Source of the DNA: the human T2T-CHM13v2.0 reference genome, Homo sapiens | Reading direction: 5' to 3' (one strand) | DNA length: 64,000 nucleotides | NCBI RefSeq assembly: GCF_009914755.1 | Contig: NC_060939.1 | In this document: in pieces, positions 54,878 to 64,000 of the stretch | Layout: each line of letters opens with the position of its first letter | Numbering within the stretch: position 1 is the first letter of the stretch | The notes under the pieces: model-generated | Seen by the model: only the letters and a program-made list of their open reading frames with translations | What the model was told of the DNA's origin: nothing | Database searches by the model: none | Position numbers and translations under genes: made by a program

Positions 54878-55278
54878 TAAAGACCTATTTATAACTTACC
54901 TACCTAATTGGCTAAATCAGGTAGGTAAATTAAAAGTCATTTAGCTAAGTATATTTAATACTTTTTGAAGAGTGACAGAGAGCAAAAATGTGAATGTTCA
55001 GGAAATAAAACAAACAAACAAAATACAGGTTACATTTTTATAGGCTACATTTCTAACACAAATCATTTTATCTGTAATGGCAACAAAGTATACAGCATAC
55101 TCACTAATCTCTATTCTTTTGCCATTATTTTGGGAACAGCAAAATTACACAGGTTCTACACTTCTACAATGTCATCATACACACACACACCCCCCTACGT
55201 ATACACCCAAAACAAAACAAAACAGAAAATCTTCCATGTATACAGTAAATTATTGGTAGAAAAAAACTAAAGACATAC

Positions 55279-55407
55279 CTCACGGACTTTCTCAATGGCA
55301 TAAGTAAAAATATAAGCAATAACAATCCATTCTTGAACTGAAGGTAACTGTTCCATTTGTACAAGAACCACAAATGTATAAAGCATCAGAAATCCTAAAT
55401 ATGCCAA
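55279..55407 (-). CDS. TRPM7: TRPM7 exon 20 (LAYLGFLM...EKVRE), S1-S2
   Basis: cattag|TTG...GAG|gtatgt; 129 nt; hydrophobic. Confidence 0.95.
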
Positions 55408-55734
55408 CTAATGAAAAAGTAAAGGTTACATAAATAACATTGGTTACAAAATAAATCTTTTAATTATGAACATTTTCAAACACACACAAAAACAGACATT
55501 AAATGAACCTCTGTAAATTATCTCCTAGTTTCCTTTATTAAAACAATTTTAGAAATATCTCTTCTTCAGCACAGACATTGCATTTATTGGTGTATAAATG
55601 GTCCCCAGAGTATAAACGTGTTGTTCTACAACTCTTGTCAACCTTTAGAACGTCCCACAGAAGGGATTTTACAATCAGGTTTATGTTCTCAGCATATGCC
55701 ACACAATTCTGCTTAACTCATACCTACAGTATCA

Positions 55735-56307
<573 letters not shown>

Positions 56308-57659
56308 TTACAAAACAGGTTACAGAGAGGTGCTAAAGTTTATGTATAAATACATGTGAGTATTTATTTCATTTCAGAGGAAAACCCACACTTATTGACC
56401 CTTGAAAAATTATGGGTAAGAATCCTCTCATCTGTCTTTTATTTATTTCTAGACTTTTATGTCTTGTCTCCACCAGTCCTAGAATAACTCACATCCTTTA
56501 TTTGATTATCTGTGGCAGGCTAGGGAGTAAACTGCAGTAAAGAAAGAAAAGAGAAATTCCTGTAGTCACCCATGTTGGCTATTTTAACGCAGCCATTCAC
56601 ATGAATGCAAATGTAAGCAAACTGCCCTATTTTCATCAGTGGAGACAGAATTTGGAGATTAGATCAGATAACTGATATTTGCAATTCCAGCCTCTGAATA
56701 GGAAGGAACAAGAACATTTTCATATAGAGGTGTAAGGAAATGTTAGTCTCAGGTTAATGGTCACATGTGTGGGTGAAAAAGCAATCACCAAAGAAACAAA
56801 TTCTTGTTGATGAAAATGAAAAAATCTCCCCAACAACAAAGTTAAAAAACATCTTCATTAAGGGTTTTCCTATGACGGGGAGTTAAGAACTCATTTACTC
56901 AGTCCCTGGTTAAAAGTAGGGGCTAATCTCATTTGCTGTATCACCTGTTCCTTCAGGTTGGTCCATTGCTAGGGAAAGTAGCACCAGCAAGACAGCCAAC
57001 TAATATTTCCTAGTGCTCATTCTCCACACAAAACAACCAAAACAACACATAAACACCTACATTTCAACCAAAATAACAGGTGAGTCCATCCTTGTATGGA
57101 CATATGCTCTTTAACCTGCTAGTAAAATCAATTTTTCCATAAAGCAAGAGAAAAGCCAATTATATGGAAGGTAATCAAGCATACACTTTAATACAATTAA
57201 AGAAATAAGCCACAGATAAATAAAACCATATAAACAATCTGGATTACTTTTTATCATCATCAATTAACACTGCAAACAGGTTTATTTCTAGACTTTTATG
57301 TATCATCTGCAAAATCCTAAAGCACAAAAAATTATAACTGTGTATCAGAATCTCTTTTGGTCCATCTTTTATCATTATTTTTACTAGTTGATTAGTATTT
57401 GCTACCAACTTACAAAGGCCAATGGTATTGTATATTTGTTAAGTACATTTTTGGTTCCAATTAGAACTAAAATTTGTTAGTGTTTATCACTCTAGATGAT
57501 GACAATTTAAATGAAACTAAGGCAAATGTATCACTCTTTTAAATGTGAAATGCCTTTTCAGTGATCTAAGTTATATCAACATTAGTATGGATTCCGAACC
57601 AATGGTCCCCCAAAGCCTAACTCTTAAAAACATTATGCTTGTGTAATTTAAAAACATAC

Positions 57660-57803
57660 CGTGTTAAACCAGAATTTTACAATTGGTGCATGATAAAAGG
57701 CATAAAACTTTCGCGTAATTGGAAGCTTTTTTGATTTCATTTGTATCTCCATCTCATTCTTTCCTTCATTACTATCCAAAATCCGTACTTCTTTAAACAC
57801 TTC
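57660..57803 (-). CDS. TRPM7: TRPM7 exon 19 (EVFKEVRI...KFWFNT)
   Basis: ttttag|GAA...ACG|gtatgt; 144 nt; preceded by an 81-nt intron. Confidence 0.95.
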
Positions 57804-57884
57804 CTAAAATTAAAAAAAAAAAAATTCTTTTGTACAATTATTCAGAACAAACTTATATTTACTTTAAAATGTTTTCCTGCTTAC

Positions 57885-58040
57885 CATGGGGATCTCTTCT
57901 GTTATGTTCTGAAAGTTGTTTTCGCTGTCATCCATTGTCATCTGATGAGCATCTTGAGATTGTGGGATATGGGACATTTCAGCCTTAGTTTTATACTCTA
58001 ACAGCAATATGGCAGGTGGAACTAAAATGCTTAGTATGAC
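57885..58040 (-). CDS. TRPM7: TRPM7 exon 18 (VILSILVP...EEIPM), pre-S1
   Basis: atttag|GTC...ATG|gtaagc; 156 nt. Confidence 0.95.
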
Positions 58041-59171
58041 CTAAATTTTTAGAAACATAATTTTGCATTTAAAAATTAATGACCTTCAAGAATATAATAA
58101 AAACAAAACAAAGAATAAAAACAATAAAAGATTTTAAATATCTTGTGATTAGCCATTTTGCCCCTAGCAGTAGAGGGAAAAAAAACAACAAATTGATTTT
58201 TTACTTATATATTGTATTTAAAGAGGCCCAAGTTTAACTGTTTTAAAGAGTAACAAAACATTTGATTATTATGATAATAAGGGTATAGGATAGATTTAAT
58301 AATTATTATAGACTTGTCCTTTAAATAAAATCAGATTACAATTTGTTCAAAAAATACATTTTGTTTAAACAAAATTCAAGCCTTATAAAGGTGCTATGTC
58401 CTTAATTTTATCCTAAATCTCTTTGCAAGTGTTCCATGTCATAATGTGATTACTCAGCTTGTGCCTCTATAAACAAAAAGGTTTATTTCTAAAATTTTAC
58501 TTATTACTTGCAAAATCCCAAAGCATGAAGAAATTGTAATTGTGTAACAGGTTTTCTGTTGGTTATTCAGTGGCCTATGGTTAAACTATTTGCCTGATTT
58601 CTGACTCCTACATTTCTGCACCTTATTTTAAAAGATATAAGATAACAAAAAGCAAAGTTCAAAGCAGTATCTATCACCATGACAAAACCAAAGGTACATG
58701 CCATTTTACCCAAATTTTTAATCATAAAAACAGGCCACATGGATATACTTATCTATAATGGGTATATCAATATACTCATCCAATATACTTTAAGTAACTT
58801 AAAAGTAACAGATTATTAAATTAGTAGATAGGTCTTGAATTTCAGAATTTGGGAATAATCTTTTCATAAAGTAGTAACTTTTTTCAAGGCTGCTAGGGGC
58901 CATAATCTCCAATATTTGCCATTTGTTCCCCTTCTAGCTCAAAGAGAGGCCATAATCATTATAGACACCTGAAAAGGATTCAAAAGTTAAGTAGAGGAAA
59001 AAAGAAGCCCATTATACCACTTGGGATGAAATGCCAATCATCCATCTTGCTCCCTCTTTACCCCCCACCATTACACTCACACATCAAGGCATTTTACTAC
59101 ACATTTAGACTAATTCTTCTGTTCTTTTTATCTAATCACATGCTTTATATCAAATTATTTCTAAAGTATAC

Positions 59172-59400
59172 CTTGTACCAGGAATTTTTCCTCATATTCA
59201 GCCTTCCCATCCACATATCAGATAACAACATTTGTGTACAGGTGTGAGCTACAAAAGGTCTAAGTCTTGAAGAAACTGCTAACTTAAGGCAGGTTGAATT
59301 ACTCCAGTTCTTCAGTTCATAAGTGAGCAATTTCATAGCCATGGTTTCATCTTGTCTGAAGGACTGTTCTAATAATTCAACGGCCAACTGACCAAAATCA
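59172..59400 (-). CDS. TRPM7: TRPM7 exon 17 (DFGQLAVE...NSWYK)
   Basis: tttatag|TGAT...AAG|gtatac; 229 nt; ORF 59145..59447. Confidence 0.96.
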
Positions 59401-60627
59401 CTATAAAAAGATAAAAGCCAAAATATACTCAGATTAACAAACTGCAATTTTAAACCACTATTCTTATATACATTAATACTTCCTACTTTTTAATATTCTC
59501 ACACACACTTACAGAATTATGAGGCATTAAAACCATAACTCTGTTTTCAGACATCTACATCTATGTGGAAATCACAAAATATTAAAATATGTCGCATTAT
59601 GTACAAGATTGAGAAGGTGAATCCAGAGCACATTCTCCCGGTCCTAGAAATCAAACTATAATCTCAAAGGGAATCAAAACTCACAATGCTACAATGCTCT
59701 GTTCAAAAAAGTTTATGTAGTATTTCAAACACAGAAAACAGTTGGTACCTGGTAGAGAGGAAAAACAATGTGACTAGGGACTAACCTAATTATGAAAAAC
59801 ATCTGAATCTTGAAGTCCCACTAAGTAACCATAGGATCCCTGTTAAAGAGTTATTTTCAGTAACAATTATCACTGCCCTCTAAATACCCCACTTGGGGAG
59901 CCGGAGGTCTTAGTATATATTAGAAAACTTCTACAAACTACTTTTCCAGTTTAATATTCCAACACTGCCCCTCTAAGTAAATTGTAAACTTTTATGAACT
60001 ATGTCGTTACTCTGTGTATGTAGTTCTAGCTTCTGAAGTGCCTTCCCAGTTGAATTCAGTCTATTTTCTTATAACACAGCTCCAACTTCACTTCCACCCT
60101 TTCCTTACCAATTCAAATGGAACTTTCTAATCCAATTGCTACTATTTGCAAAAATTAAAATGAATTCTGGCATTTCTTCTTTGTTTCGAGACAGGGTCTA
60201 TTGCTGTCACCTAGGCTGGAGTGCAATGGCATGATCACAGCTCACTGCAGCCTTAACCTCCCAGGCTCAAGTGATCCTTCCACCTCAGCCTCCTGAGTAG
60301 CTGGGACCACAGACAAGTACCACCACACCCAGTTAATTTTTAAATTTCATGTAGAGACGGGGTCTGCCTATGTTGCCCAGGCTGCATTTCTTCTTTCTTG
60401 CTGAGATATTTAATTCTTGAGTTGCAAATATAATAACCTCTTTTTCATAGAGGCAGAAAGTTTCTTTTAATTAAAAAAATATATACTTATATAATTTTCT
60501 GTCAATTGTACCAATAAGATTATACATATAAATACATCACCATTAAGTACGTGGCACTGTAACAGCCACTCAAACAATACCTACTTTGAATTTTTAAAAT
60601 GTTTTCAAATGATAAAATACCACTTAC

Positions 60628-60908
60628 TTGGAATACTGTTTTAGTTCTTCTGAAGTATCATCTACCAGGTCACTCTGCTTTGCTTCATATGCCATTGAAC
60701 GATAGATCTTACAGGCAACTAATGCTTTAGCCATTGATTCTTCACCATGTTGCCATAAAAAACGGGCCATGACCTGCCTCTTCATAAGGCAAGCCCAAAT
60801 TAAAAGTTCATTAAGTGGATAAGGAAAGCGCTTGGTTTCTGGATCATCAATGTCTACAATTTCATCTTTGGTTCTTTTCTTCTTTCCTTCTTCCATAACT
60901 GTATCAAT
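60628..60908 (-). CDS. TRPM7: TRPM7 exon 16 (IDTVMEEG...LKQYS), MHR4
   Basis: ccctggaag|ATT...CAA|gtaagt; 281 nt; ORF 60624..60896. Confidence 0.96.
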
Positions 60909-61301
60909 CTTCCAGGGAAAATAAAGTTATAAAGCTCATTATAATAAGGCCATATGAAATTTATGTCAGTGAAAATTTTAGTAAAATATCTTTACATTAT
61001 TCAGCTCCATAAAACTGCACAATAGCATAAATTTTATAAACTTGATTTTTATTATAGCTCATAATTCATTTTATGAAAATGCTGTTTCAACAAAAATGCC
61101 TTTGCAATAAACATTTTCCAAAATTTAAGGGCCTAAATATTTCAACTAATATTCTAATAGAACATAATTTTAATAAAGGGTTAGATAACATTTTTGTTAT
61201 ACATGTTCTTAATCAAGTAAAACTGGAATGAAAGGAGTCAGGTAAACATTTATTAAAACATTTTAATTTGGTTATTATCATACCTAAATATGAAAATGTA
61301 C

Positions 61302-61612
<311 letters not shown>

Positions 61613-61785
61613 TCATTAACTTATAATTAATATCTCTGTGTGTGAGAAAATGACAATTCTAAGACATATCCAAAAACGAAAGGTAATTCTTACTAAATCA
61701 ATTAGTTTTTTTTGTTTAATAATACTAAGTAATTTAGAAAGAAGAAAATAAAAACCCAGAAAGAATAATATTTAAATAAATTTAC

Positions 61786-61920
61786 CTTTGGTCGGTAGGG
61801 CTGTGCTGTCTTAATGAAATGGTTATGCCTCATTTTTTCCTTTTTATCTGCCCTATTGCCAAAAGATTCATGACTCTTTCGCAACTGAGGAGTGCTGCTG
61901 GAGGTATTTCGGCCAGACCT
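61786..61920 (-). CDS. TRPM7: TRPM7 exon 15 (RSGRNTSS...QPYRPK)
   Basis: ttttcag|AGG...AAG|gtaaat; 135 nt; overlaps ORF 61702..61884. Confidence 0.96.
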
Positions 61921-62201
61921 CTGAAAATGAGATCTTATTAGCTTTTATAGATTTAAACGTGCTGACATGTTATAAAAATTCAAGAATCAATTTATATATG
62001 TGTGCAAATGTGTTTGTGTACACACACAAAATATGACTGATTTAGGATTTTGACGACATAATATTTCTAATTGCTCTTAGTTGAAAATGTTCAACTTTAT
62101 GACAGTGTAACCTTCTCCGTTCTAATGTTAATTCTTAACAATTAAAGTGCATGTGTTAATATTAAAGCATATATATAGATTTCCCCACAAATTTTACATA
62201 C

Positions 62202-62342
62202 CCGATTATTTCCACCAAGACTATTATATATTAATCGAAAACGTTTCCTAGTATAGGTGCATCTGTAGGTTCCTCCCATGAGATATTCAATAACAAGTCC
62301 TATATCAATCAGAGTGATCTTATATCCTGGAGGAAGATTTCC
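62202..62342 (-). CDS. TRPM7: TRPM7 exon 14 (GNLPPGYK...GGNNR), MHR region
   Basis: tttctag|GGA...CGG|gtatgt; 141 nt, phase 0/0. Confidence 0.96.
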
Positions 62343-62461
62343 CTAGAAACAAAACATTTGTTTTAAATAGATCAGATAGCACTTCTCAATATTGCCATGC
62401 CCTGCCTAGGAACAGGCCTACTCTCCAAAATGACAAATGTTTACTTCTTATAAGAAGCAAG

Positions 62462-63985
<1,524 letters not shown>

Positions 63986-64000
63986 ATATATATTGGTTTC

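Overview
Human (primate) genomic DNA, AT-rich and dense in Alu elements (about 55 copies). It carries the 3' three-quarters of the TRPM7 channel-kinase gene on the minus strand. I traced 26 coding exons by hand, from 62342 down to the TAA stop at 9758. All have GT-AG boundaries and consistent phases, and they total 4104 nt (1367 aa plus stop). Against the 1865-aa, 39-exon human protein (recalled, not looked up) these are exons 14-39, residues 499-1865: end of the MHR domain, S1-S6, TRP box, coiled coil, Ser/Thr-rich linker and alpha-kinase. A 3'UTR follows, with proximal (~8390) and distal (~5260) AATAAA signals. Introns contain Alu, L1, L2, MIR, MLT and DNA-transposon remnants (MER58, MER30, Tigger1, Tigger4a, MADE1). 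Almost all ORFs in the supplied track are Alu or L1 artefacts or exon read-throughs. There are no prokaryotic systems, CRISPR arrays or RNA genes. Best candidates for undescribed biology: (1) a fold-back with ~270-bp arms of non-Alu sequence in intron 26; (2) a cluster of cryptic cassette/micro-exons, some exactly in frame, limited to the introns encoding the channel-kinase linker, plus several routes to a kinase-less channel; (3) inverted Alus present only in the long 3'UTR; (4) unusual retrotransposition scars (AluYb8/AluS trimer, twin-primed L1). These are predictions from sequence and need RNA-seq or conservation checks. Repeat boundaries are approximate.
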